From IMG/VR virus record IMGVR_UViG_3300025167_000008, positions 15,561-79,560 of that record: 64,000 bases of DNA, one strand, 5' to 3'. Position numbers and translations under genes: made by a program. Source of the DNA: a virus. A model generated the notes under the pieces. That model ran no database searches and had not been told where the DNA came from. It was given only the letters and a program-made list of their open reading frames with translations. This document shows positions 29,501 through 38,087 of the stretch, in pieces. How positions within the stretch are numbered: the first letter of the stretch is position 1; every line of letters begins with the position of its first letter.

Positions 29501-29696
29501 AGATATTGAGAAAAAACAAAAAGAAGATAAAGAAGAATCAAACGAAGACGATGATCATCCAAAAGGATGGGATAAAAGAAAGCCTGATATAGGTGGATAT
29601 GATCCAGAATTAGATGTTGATGATCCTCCAAGAAGACGGGATAAAAGACAACCTGAAATTGGAGGTTATGATCCAGAATTAGATTATGATGGTTGA
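26523..29696 (+). CDS. Large acidic modular protein 2 (putative virion cargo polyprotein)
   Basis: 1057 aa; nine E-x-x-[AT]-x-E linkers; multiple C2H2/C4 fingers; DUF3560-like helical module. Confidence 0.8.
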   Translation: MIDCGVCGKGFNTNEEYKNHVEQAHEAMNDTYSEAFCKANEETTAWDLQVCRKCGNSRVLQEDTGYCAQCSKKLESREVNWRDIGDKKVIDKGSHYETEDGTLVDWSSYDATDAQKYLSKKVNESKANEDDMDDLQYKQQFGHDWRDDKAKSKKKEKEGDEGGARGLSSQEQPLKKVDSLSESWGVLEKEKKAQLFESLGINQGSAYTLADLDWFNLSPQLKADASEAYAKEEDELVIDNDEDLFALHKGLMDKPIKDDKEKEVNEAYADIYNIEKNHLSPDYKKKAIECSRCNEKFYNSKERDVHFNEFHATEQEYNLPEECPFCKELIKEPETLDYHMQQEHGAHVPSQYTQTGIQGAMADTDFDSLGSDFYSEAFDSDWACPRCGNKKVTIKKDENGNPIGRACPKCGLGNEVKATESKWRVNTITHGKVNVNLGKDANEEDALNAVKRMYFDDGYIDDSDILSANKLSDEAINFGKHQTCSICGQDFELSGVSADSGWGSHDTEGNRIVRNDRLNQIAHYDCVEASGEDMSPLGESYANEEHTHNWEQVGDADGDRTFECTGCPAKLWAHPGQSKEEGDIYYGYLGQESKTNEANWTDFGHVSDPNFRTNCTDGEPHVPKEDKQNDICIKCGKNIRETGEGSGYWFTDEDNRNWNRTYNESKATEWSTGISSKDPTAITQLEAKLARLEEEKTEIKARPIVPRDWSFSPEDSRGFELTNINANIRSVKQRIEDLKNRAGEAKIPSGDLYQHGQKVGTITDYNPKKHEGYVTLDGIGIKEFGAMTSDYEVRVNGERIPNKWDGKHDYNLDLFGEAYNDDMVLRALDTPDANNEGLPIHAQGVYWRCDLCDYKTYFMGTFDNADPIKPHLKEEHGIGESYAKEDGGYANFGDKPKEESWSVLTVGSDLWYFNSEQEARDYVKNFPKGTYQINRPREGRESYAKEISGQFTRQCPHCEKLINVDKLNDHIKKEHNEITEGLEDPEYRVKLFKDIEKKQKEDKEESNEDDDHPKGWDKRKPDIGGYDPELDVDDPPRRRDKRQPEIGGYDPELDYDG

Positions 29697-29699
29697 TTA

Positions 29700-32600
29700 A
29701 TGATGAAAGAATATGAATCAGACGAAGGAAGATGGGATTATACGGAAGGCGACAAGCCTGAATCACAAACAACTGATTATGATCCAGAAGAATTAGAAAG
29801 AGCAAGAATAAGAATGAAAGCAGAAAAGAAAAGAATAGAAGATCCAGAAATAGGTGTATTCGATTGGGAACTTGAAAAATCTGGAGAACCATTTCAAAAG
29901 GGACAAGAAATGGATATAAGCCACAAAAAATGTCCACATTGTAATTTTGAAACTTCATTTAAACCTGATGACCTTTGGCAAGAAACAGATGCTGATACTG
30001 AATTAGATACACATATTAGAAATAAACATGGAATTAATGAGTCAACATCAACAGAAAGTGTAACAAGTTGGTGGGGTAGTGCAAGTCCAAAGAACTTAGA
30101 GTTCAGAAGCAAGGCATTAGATAAAATTAATGCAAATACAGATTTACAAGATAAAGAGTTTTGGGAATTACCTGAAGATATACAAGATAATATTTATGAA
30201 CTTTATACAAGTGGATATAGTAATGAAGCAACTGAGGAACGAATTAATACAGATACATACCACTATGATTATAGTGATTATTGGAAAAAAGGAGATTCTT
30301 ATGTAAGAGCAGGATTAGCAATGGGATCTGGACTTTCAACAGATACAGCTAATAAAGAATGGGATGAACTTACGAAAGAAGAACAAATAAAGATTTTAGA
30401 ATCGGGTTATGTAACGTCTTATGAATCAGTGGCAGAAGAAGATGGACAATGGGTAGACTTTGATGATAATCACAGAGTAAGACAACCAACAATTAGTGAT
30501 ATTCCAGATATAGCAAAAAGCATGTTTCAAGGTTATAGTCAAAAATTAAAGAAAAAATTTGGTGATGAAGATATAGACGGTCATACTCCAGAGGAAATGA
30601 TAAAAAGAGAACATGAATTAATGGGAGAACAACCAAAGGAAGAAGAAAAGAAAATACATCAACAACTTGAGAAAGAATTTGGTGATGAAGAATCAACTGT
30701 AAGTGTATCAGGCCCTCCCGCGGGAACACAACCCCCAGCAAATATATGGGATGATTTAGATAAAGCAGAAGAAGACTTTGTAGAACAAGAACATCCACGG
30801 GAACAAACAGGAAAATTTACAACTAAAGGTGGAGGAAGTTCAAAAGCAGGACAACCAAAAGAAAAAAGCAAGAAAGAATTTACACTTAAAGATTATGAAA
30901 GAAATGAAGGTAGAAATGCTCATACATTAAATGCATTAAACTTGGTAAAAAAATATGGTACGCCAGAAGAAATTAAAGAAATGGAAGAAATAAAAGATAG
31001 ACATGATAAAAGTGAACACGGTATCAATCATGATGATTATAAAAGAAGATATGATATATCACAAAAATATTATGATAAATTAGTTGAAGATGAAACAGGG
31101 GAAAAACCATTTTGGGCTAAAGATGAACCAAAAACAGAAAAACCAAAAGAAGAAAAGAGGTTTACACTTAAACAATATGAAAGAAACGAAGATGTAAATA
31201 ACCATGGTAAAAATGCACAGTTATTGGTAAAACAATATGGTACTCCAGAAGAACTTGAAGAAATAAATGCTATATTAAAAAGAAATCCAAATGGATATAG
31301 TGGTGTTGATGGACATGCTGATTATCAAAGAAGACATGAAATATCAAACAAATATTATGATAAGTTAGTGGAAGATGAAACTAAATCTAATGAATCAAAT
31401 GCAAATGAATTTGAGCCAGAAAGACAAGGAAGAAAAGTTAAGATTAACAAGGGAACTTATGCGGGACAAACAGGGAGAGTAGGAGCAATACCATTAATAG
31501 ATGATAGTTCATTTTTTGTAAGAGTAGATGGAGTTCACAATGAATATGAAGATGGGATACAAGTAAATGTAAACGATGTCACATTCTTGGGGGGAGAAGT
31601 AAAATATGATTTGTATGAAAAAGTTGAAGAGGTCAAAATACCAAATCAAGATATAGAACTTCATAAATATGTATGGGAATCAATGTACGGATATGGTAGT
31701 GCAACAGGAAGAATGTCACCAGTTGAAGATTGGAACCAAGGAGGAAGTTTTGAACATCCATACAGTGAAATATTTCGTGAATTTAGAGGATTAAAATGGA
31801 GTGAATTACCCAAAGATATACAAGATGCATGGAAAGCAGAAAGGGATTATGCACCATATGATAGTGAATCACATGTAAAATCTGATATAAAAGGTTGGTT
31901 AGATAAAACTTTTCCTACAGAATATGAAGAACCACAAAAAGGACTTGATTCAGAAACAAAAGCCGATGAAGATTGGTATGATACAGATGATTCAAATTAC
32001 AAGCCAGAAGTATTAAAATATAAAATAGTAACGTCATTAGGAAATGACTGGGGACTTCAAACTAATAGTAAAGCAGAAGCACAAAGAGCAGTTGATGAAT
32101 GGAATAATGATTATGAGAAATCAGTTAGTGGATCATTACCATATACATTAAAAATAGTTGATAATGAATCAGTAGATGATCCAAAAGATATTAAACTTTT
32201 AGATAGATTATTGGATAATGAATTAGAAGAGGAAAAAGAAGGTGAAGATGAAGAAGAAGATATTGCAATATTACTACAATTATTAGCCCCTGATGAAAAA
32301 GCCAATGAAGTAGATCCAAATTGTCCAGAATGTGGAGGAGATGGATATATAGACGTACCAAGTAGATGGTCTTCTGATGGTTTAAGACAAGAACCATGTC
32401 CTAGATGTGGGGGAGAAGATGATTATCATGATACATATGATGAATCATACAAAAAAAAAGCTACTGAATTAGATTCTATTTATAAACAATTCACAGGTCA
32501 AATAAATGCACCAACAGGTAAAGGTATAATGGATAGTGTGAGGGGATATAGTGAACCTGAAGCAGATGGACAAGATTTGACTGGTACTACAGCAAATGAG

Positions 32601-33467
32601 GAAATAATAGAAAAAACTCCACCTAAAATTAATTATCAATATTATAAACAATATCCATTTGGTAGAATACAAAAAGGATTTTTTGGGGAAGTAGATAGAA
32701 AATGGTGGGAAACTGCATCATATGAAGAGAAAGCAAAAGAATTAAGTGATATAGGATTTGGAATGGGTGCTGATATAGGCGAGAAAGGAAATCCATTAGC
32801 AAGAAGAAGTTGGGACGACCTACCAAATGAAGCAAGACAACAATGGGGTTATTTTGGTAATGAAGTGGAGCTGTCAACAATGTACCAAGCAAGAGATTGG
32901 TGGGACAAAAAATATCCAGATAGACTATGGAAGGATATGCATATAGACGGAAGACAAAGAGCAATCATGGCATTTTTAAGAGATCCAGACACTGAGTTAA
33001 AATCAGAGGAAGGAGGTCAAGGTAGTGGAAGAAAACCATATGCAAGTAAAGACCCAGCAAGAAAAGACAGAGCACATGTAGGTTGGAAGAATCAAGGAAT
33101 AGATAAATATACAGATTTGGCAATGAAAGATTATTTAACGGGAAAAAAATCAACTCCAGAAGAATATGAATATGCTGGATATCATGCCTCAAAAGAAGTA
33201 GAGGATCAAAAATGTGAAGGTTGTGGTAGAGAAGAAGATTATTTAAATGATGATAATTTATGCGAAGATTGCGAAAGAGAAGCAGGGATAGATCGCGAAG
33301 AATCAAAACGTGATGCTTATGAAGGTGGAAAAGGAAGTGGTAAAAAAGGACATCAACAATGGATGAGATCATTGGAAGAAGATCCATCTTATGGTGAATG
33401 TAAAAATTGTAAAGTTATTACCGAAAAAGTTAATAATAAATGCCAAATGTGTGGTAGAAAGTACTAA
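29700..33467 (+). CDS. Large acidic modular protein 3 (putative virion cargo polyprotein)
   Basis: 1255 aa; ESVAEE/ESNANE/ETKADE linkers; HPR...GKF and GGxGSG motifs; internal tandem duplication; several Zn fingers. Confidence 0.8.
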   Translation: MMKEYESDEGRWDYTEGDKPESQTTDYDPEELERARIRMKAEKKRIEDPEIGVFDWELEKSGEPFQKGQEMDISHKKCPHCNFETSFKPDDLWQETDADTELDTHIRNKHGINESTSTESVTSWWGSASPKNLEFRSKALDKINANTDLQDKEFWELPEDIQDNIYELYTSGYSNEATEERINTDTYHYDYSDYWKKGDSYVRAGLAMGSGLSTDTANKEWDELTKEEQIKILESGYVTSYESVAEEDGQWVDFDDNHRVRQPTISDIPDIAKSMFQGYSQKLKKKFGDEDIDGHTPEEMIKREHELMGEQPKEEEKKIHQQLEKEFGDEESTVSVSGPPAGTQPPANIWDDLDKAEEDFVEQEHPREQTGKFTTKGGGSSKAGQPKEKSKKEFTLKDYERNEGRNAHTLNALNLVKKYGTPEEIKEMEEIKDRHDKSEHGINHDDYKRRYDISQKYYDKLVEDETGEKPFWAKDEPKTEKPKEEKRFTLKQYERNEDVNNHGKNAQLLVKQYGTPEELEEINAILKRNPNGYSGVDGHADYQRRHEISNKYYDKLVEDETKSNESNANEFEPERQGRKVKINKGTYAGQTGRVGAIPLIDDSSFFVRVDGVHNEYEDGIQVNVNDVTFLGGEVKYDLYEKVEEVKIPNQDIELHKYVWESMYGYGSATGRMSPVEDWNQGGSFEHPYSEIFREFRGLKWSELPKDIQDAWKAERDYAPYDSESHVKSDIKGWLDKTFPTEYEEPQKGLDSETKADEDWYDTDDSNYKPEVLKYKIVTSLGNDWGLQTNSKAEAQRAVDEWNNDYEKSVSGSLPYTLKIVDNESVDDPKDIKLLDRLLDNELEEEKEGEDEEEDIAILLQLLAPDEKANEVDPNCPECGGDGYIDVPSRWSSDGLRQEPCPRCGGEDDYHDTYDESYKKKATELDSIYKQFTGQINAPTGKGIMDSVRGYSEPEADGQDLTGTTANEEIIEKTPPKINYQYYKQYPFGRIQKGFFGEVDRKWWETASYEEKAKELSDIGFGMGADIGEKGNPLARRSWDDLPNEARQQWGYFGNEVELSTMYQARDWWDKKYPDRLWKDMHIDGRQRAIMAFLRDPDTELKSEEGGQGSGRKPYASKDPARKDRAHVGWKNQGIDKYTDLAMKDYLTGKKSTPEEYEYAGYHASKEVEDQKCEGCGREEDYLNDDNLCEDCEREAGIDREESKRDAYEGGKGSGKKGHQQWMRSLEEDPSYGECKNCKVITEKVNNKCQMCGRKY
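30879..31382 (+). repeat. Tandem ~73-aa coding duplication (30879-31097 and 31161-31382)
   Basis: FTLKDYERNE...KYGTPEE...KYYDKLVEDET versus FTLKQYERNE...QYGTPEE...KYYDKLVEDET. Confidence 0.92.
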
Positions 33468-33499
33468 TCATTTAAATTAGACTGTAATGTGAATATAAC

Positions 33500-33934
33500 A
33501 TGGGTAAAAATTGGCAATATAAGAAAGGTGCTTCTTTTGAATATGAATGGTTATATTATTGTCTTTACCATCATTTTGATAATGTAAGATCATATGCATC
33601 TAAAGGAGTTGCTGACGTTAGATCAATTCCTCCACGATGGGCAAATAATTCAATAGCCCTTTATGCCCAATGTAAAAATACGGCAAAAGAAGATTATGTT
33701 CCTCCAGATGAAAGAAACGAATTGGAAGAATGTAGTAAAAAGTTTTTTTGTTTGGTTATAGAACCATTTAAGAAGGATAGAACATGTTTGGTTAAAATTG
33801 AACCATGGAAGTTAAATGGGGAAATAATGACTCCAGAAGCGTTTATGGCTAAGTATTATGGGTTACAGGCATCGACATGGGCGGAATGGCGAAAAGACTG
33901 GTATACGAACAAAATAAAAAGAAAACCTTTATAA
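33500..33934 (+). CDS. hjc: Archaeal Holliday junction resolvase (Hjc-like)
   Basis: YKKGASFE, RSYASKGVADV, AQCK. Confidence 0.75.
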   Translation: MGKNWQYKKGASFEYEWLYYCLYHHFDNVRSYASKGVADVRSIPPRWANNSIALYAQCKNTAKEDYVPPDERNELEECSKKFFCLVIEPFKKDRTCLVKIEPWKLNGEIMTPEAFMAKYYGLQASTWAEWRKDWYTNKIKRKPL

Positions 33935-34044
33935 GTAGTATATATATAGAAATAATGACGGTTGAAAAGCCATTCGGACATTCTAGATACGGTCTGATAA
34001 AATACCTTTTATCTATTAATATATGAGAAAAGGTTATACAAATT

Positions 34045-34875
34045 ATGCAAAAACTGGCATCACTATTAGCGATTTTGTTAATCGTGGGATTATTAGGTAC
34101 AAATTTCGCATATGGGGATTATACAGAATACATGAAAATAAGAATAGAATCTGATAAACCAAATGTTTGTGTATTTGAAGCCGAAAACCCACAAGTAGAT
34201 TTTGCAAAAAGAGGACTTTATAAAAAAACCGTAAAATGGATAAGTGAATGGTCTAAACAACTGGAAAAAGAAGCCAATGGAGGTAATTGGGATTTTACAT
34301 ATGAATTCATACATAATTCTACTCACTTTGATAAAAAACCAACAGATTTCCCTCAATGTAATGTATTGATAGTATTTGATGCCGAGAATTTAAATCCAAT
34401 AGAAAGTGATTTAGGTATGGCACAAGGATACACATCTTTTGATTATAGAAGTTCAACTCATAAATTTTCATTTATAGATATTTTCACATTTGCACCAACA
34501 AATGAAATAAATTTAGGTCAATTAGATTTTACCAATATGACAAAAAATGCAGATGGCTCATATGAAGTAAAATTAGGTAAAGAAATGTTTACATCAGAAC
34601 CAATTTCTGATGAAGCAATTAGAATAGTTATTCAACATGAATTTGCTCATGCAATGGGATTAGGTCATTGGAGTGATACAACCAAAAATGATTTTAAATC
34701 GATCATGGTTCCACAATTTGATGTACGAGCAAAAGGATTAGAAAATATAAAAATAACACTTGATGATATCAAGGCATTAATAGAACTTTATGGTGAAGAT
34801 GGATTTAGTAAATATTATCAAGTTCTAATTCCAGATTTAGCATATGGATGGGAAAAATCAGTAATGAAAAATTAG
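34045..34875 (+). CDS. Secreted matrixin-like (M10/metzincin) zinc metalloprotease
   Basis: N-terminal signal peptide (MQKLASLLAILLIVGLLGTNFAYG), HEFAHAMGLGH, Met-turn SIMVP. Confidence 0.82.
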   Translation: MQKLASLLAILLIVGLLGTNFAYGDYTEYMKIRIESDKPNVCVFEAENPQVDFAKRGLYKKTVKWISEWSKQLEKEANGGNWDFTYEFIHNSTHFDKKPTDFPQCNVLIVFDAENLNPIESDLGMAQGYTSFDYRSSTHKFSFIDIFTFAPTNEINLGQLDFTNMTKNADGSYEVKLGKEMFTSEPISDEAIRIVIQHEFAHAMGLGHWSDTTKNDFKSIMVPQFDVRAKGLENIKITLDDIKALIELYGEDGFSKYYQVLIPDLAYGWEKSVMKN

Positions 34876-34896
34876 ATTTCTGTACGTTTATATTGG

Positions 34897-35106
34897 GTGA
34901 TCTGGCTTTATATACAGGGCATGACGCGTTGTAGACTTTGTGAGAGTGTTCACCGTAAGGGAAGAGGGGAATCTTGGGATAATATGATGTGTAAAACATG
35001 CTACATACTTTTGGATAATTTTACATGGAGTAATAGATGGGGTATAGTAAAAACATATCTATCAACAAAAGATTTCTTAATAGACGCACAACTGATTGAA
35101 AAATAA
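34897..35106 (+). CDS. Small zinc-binding hypothetical protein
   Basis: CRLC...CKTC; stop overlaps next ATG. Confidence 0.45.
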   Translation: MIWLYIQGMTRCRLCESVHRKGRGESWDNMMCKTCYILLDNFTWSNRWGIVKTYLSTKDFLIDAQLIEK

Positions 35107-36176
35107 TGGAAATTATATTTAATGAAAAAGAATGGAAGGAAGCTAACGAAAAATACATAGAAGAATCAATAAAAGATGAAATTTTAAAAAGAATAAGAAA
35201 AAGAAAAATGGAGTTACCATATCCTAAAGTAACGTTGGATGAGGCAAAAGAAGATTTTAAAAAATTACAGGGATTAAACACTGAAGAATTATGGAAAAAT
35301 GGTGATTTTTATTTCAAATATGATTACGAATTACCTCATGGAGATACATATATTGAATTATCCACAATAGGAAATAAGTCGTCAAATTACTTTCATCAAG
35401 AAAACAGAATGAAATGTGACTCGTTAAATTCACCTAGTCCTTATAGGGTATGGAATTCTGATAAGTTTATGAAGACATTATTTGGTTCGTTATGGACAAT
35501 GAATGTAAAAGAAGTAAACAGTAAGACTTTATGGAGTTCAATAGTTTTAAGAAAATATGTAGCATCACAATTTAAACCATCAGTGGCAAAAGCAATTTAT
35601 AATAAATATAATTCTAAAAACGTTCTTGATTTGTCAATGGGATGGGGTGATAGATTAGCTGGTTTTCATGCATCTAACGCGGAAAGATATATTGGTATAG
35701 ACCCCAACGAGAAATTGTTTAGTGGATATGGAGATCAATATCTGACATATAGGACTGGAAAAGAGTCATTATTTATAATAAAGCCTGCAGAAGAAGTAGA
35801 GTATAAAGGAGAAGAATTTGATACAATATTTACTTCTCCACCATATTTTGATACTGAAAGATATTCCATTGCAAATACTCAGTCATGGATAAGATATAAA
35901 ACATTGGATGATTGGCTTACTAAGTTTTTGTTTACTTCAATAGAAAAGGCGTGGGGTGCGTTAAAAAGAGATGGAATTCTTTTAATTAATGTTTCTGATG
36001 CATATGGTCATCATAAGGTACAAAAAATATGTGACCCCATGAATGAGTTTATAACTACTTTAAAGGGTGCTGAATATGAGGATGCCATAGGAATGAGAAT
36101 GGCTAAAAGACCAAATCAGAATACTCATAAAGAAGGAATATTTTGTGAACCAATATGGGTATTTCGTAAAAAGTAA
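35106..36176 (+). CDS. DNA amino-methyltransferase (N4-C/N6-A, SPPY type)
   Basis: VLDLSMGWGDRL (motif I), YIGIDPN, FTSPPYF (motif IV). Confidence 0.85.
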   Translation: MEIIFNEKEWKEANEKYIEESIKDEILKRIRKRKMELPYPKVTLDEAKEDFKKLQGLNTEELWKNGDFYFKYDYELPHGDTYIELSTIGNKSSNYFHQENRMKCDSLNSPSPYRVWNSDKFMKTLFGSLWTMNVKEVNSKTLWSSIVLRKYVASQFKPSVAKAIYNKYNSKNVLDLSMGWGDRLAGFHASNAERYIGIDPNEKLFSGYGDQYLTYRTGKESLFIIKPAEEVEYKGEEFDTIFTSPPYFDTERYSIANTQSWIRYKTLDDWLTKFLFTSIEKAWGALKRDGILLINVSDAYGHHKVQKICDPMNEFITTLKGAEYEDAIGMRMAKRPNQNTHKEGIFCEPIWVFRKK

Positions 36177-36336
36177 ATGAGGCTATTTTTTGGTGGCTGA
36201 ATCCTGCCTCAAGGCTTCAATGCATTTCAGTTTTTTCCTTTTTTTATACTTGTTAGGAGTCTCAATGACTGCGTGACTTTCAAGCACTTTTAATAAGAAC
36301 AATAGGAAATATAAACTTTATTTTGTACAACTTTAC

Positions 36337-36375
36337 ACACAAGGGTTTATATACCCCTTAGTACATACCCATGAT
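36337..36375 (+). promoter_or_regulatory. Conserved palindromic TATA promoter, copy 2
   Basis: ACAAGGG TTTATATACCCC TTAGTACATA; ATG 30 nt after TTTATATA start (36346 to 36376). Confidence 0.8.
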
Positions 36376-36891
36376 ATGAAACAAACATTAACAACAGAAG
36401 ACGTAGACTCAATTATTGGTGCTATTGAAATTGCTGAAGATGAAAGCGGTGGAGATTATTCCGACTTAAAAACAAAACTTTTAACCATTTATCCAGAAAC
36501 AAAAGACTTGATTGATGAACGTAATAGAAAATGGCAAGAAGAAAGTGATACACAAAGACTTGCAAGAGAGAGAATAACAAGAATTATATTTCATGCACTT
36601 AAAAAAGGTGAACCAATTATATCTCAATTACAGTACATGATTGGTGGTACAAAAACCTATAATATGATTAGAAAAAACTATAGTGATGAAATATGTTTAT
36701 CTGCCGATTTATTCAAGTACCACTTAGAAGATTTAATAGAATTGGGATTAATAGCAGAACTTAGAGATTACATTAAACAGGAATCTAAAGAAGATGGCAA
36801 TGAATGGATGAAAGATCATTATAAAGATAAAGCAGATGACCAATTATGGCATGTATTGGTAAAAATCTTAGACAGAGTAAAAAGATCCTAA
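36376..36891 (+). CDS. Hypothetical protein (leaderless)
   Basis: Directly downstream of conserved promoter. Confidence 0.65.
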   Translation: MKQTLTTEDVDSIIGAIEIAEDESGGDYSDLKTKLLTIYPETKDLIDERNRKWQEESDTQRLARERITRIIFHALKKGEPIISQLQYMIGGTKTYNMIRKNYSDEICLSADLFKYHLEDLIELGLIAELRDYIKQESKEDGNEWMKDHYKDKADDQLWHVLVKILDRVKRS

Positions 36892-36987
36892 TCATTTATA
36901 TTATGTAATTAGTAACTACTTATGATACATATTCCCAAGACAAGCGACCATCATATCGTTTTGTAACTTGGGGTAATATGTATTTGA

Positions 36988-37061
36988 CCACGGACAACGG
37001 TTTAGGGAATTTTTCCGTGATTTCATTGTCAGATAGGTGCCTCTGTCCGTGGAGCCCTATC
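36988..37061. other. Overlapping inverted repeats upstream of prim-pol (structured RNA or origin candidate)
   Basis: CCACGGACA 36988-36996 / TGTCCGTGG 37044-37052; GATAGG 37032-37037 / CCTATC 37056-37061. Confidence 0.5.
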
Positions 37062-37095
37062 AATTTATATTAAGGCTTAACATAAATGTGGTAAT

Positions 37096-38079
37096 ATGAT
37101 TCAAGGATTTGTAAAGCTTTACAGGGAAAAAGGACTAAATGTAATACCACTTAAACCAAAGTCTAAATTTCCAGATGAAACAAACATGCCAATAAATCCA
37201 CAAACTGGTAAGCGTGGTTGGAAAATATATCAAACTGAAAAGTGTAATATAGAAATTAAAGAAGGGCAAAATGGAGCAGTGCTTTGTGGTGAATCATCGG
37301 GTAATTTAGTGGTTATAGACCTTGATGATCGTGAGTTATCAAAAGTTTTTGATGACTGGGAAAAAAGAAAAAATGAAACATTAATAGTTGAAACTGGAAA
37401 AGGATATCACGTATGTGTTAAACCAAAAGGAAAGTTGCCAGAAAAAAGCTTAAGATTAATAAATGATAAAGGTCAACGTATAGACATTCAATCACAAGGA
37501 ACTTACGTATTAATTCCGGGTTCAATTAATCCAGAGACTGGTAAAGAATATAAAATAATTTCAAGTACATTGGATATACAGGATATAGACTTGGATGGTT
37601 TCATTAATAGTTTATCGAATCATGGGTTCAATCCAGAACGTATAAAGAAAGGAGTTGTTGAAATTTTAAAAGGTGTAAAAGAAGGAGAAAGAGATTATAG
37701 TGTATACACGCTTGGGGTAGCGATGAGACATAGTTTTGGTTTAAAAGATGCTGGATTATTATCATATCTAAATCATTTTAATCAAACATCGGTATTTCCC
37801 CCACTGCCAGATGTAGTGATAAAACAAAAAGTTCAAAGTGTGATGAACGCCGATGTTGAGAAAATTAGATTTAAAGAATTTTTAGAGAAATTTGATTTAA
37901 AAGAAGTAAAATTGAAATATGACGATAATTTTTGGAAAGATGTAGAAGATTTACGTATACACAATAAACTTCAATCTAAAGATTTAAAACTTGAATGTGT
38001 AATTTGTAAAAAATTGGTAGCATATAATCCACAAGATACTACACATAGGGGGCACATCATTACAATTATATACAAGTAA
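37096..38079 (+). CDS. Bifunctional DNA primase/polymerase (Prim-Pol) with PriCT-like domain
   Basis: GLNVIPL...K.P, GAVLCG...LVVIDLDD, VETGKGYHV, IDIQSQGTYVLIPGS, EGERD. Confidence 0.88.
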   Translation: MIQGFVKLYREKGLNVIPLKPKSKFPDETNMPINPQTGKRGWKIYQTEKCNIEIKEGQNGAVLCGESSGNLVVIDLDDRELSKVFDDWEKRKNETLIVETGKGYHVCVKPKGKLPEKSLRLINDKGQRIDIQSQGTYVLIPGSINPETGKEYKIISSTLDIQDIDLDGFINSLSNHGFNPERIKKGVVEILKGVKEGERDYSVYTLGVAMRHSFGLKDAGLLSYLNHFNQTSVFPPLPDVVIKQKVQSVMNADVEKIRFKEFLEKFDLKEVKLKYDDNFWKDVEDLRIHNKLQSKDLKLECVICKKLVAYNPQDTTHRGHIITIIYK

Positions 38080-38087
38080 TACATTAT

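Noticed and set aside
29694-29699. Genome-wide TGA reassignment
   Set aside because: TGA is the functional stop in many ATGA overlaps and conserved genes are uninterrupted under the standard code
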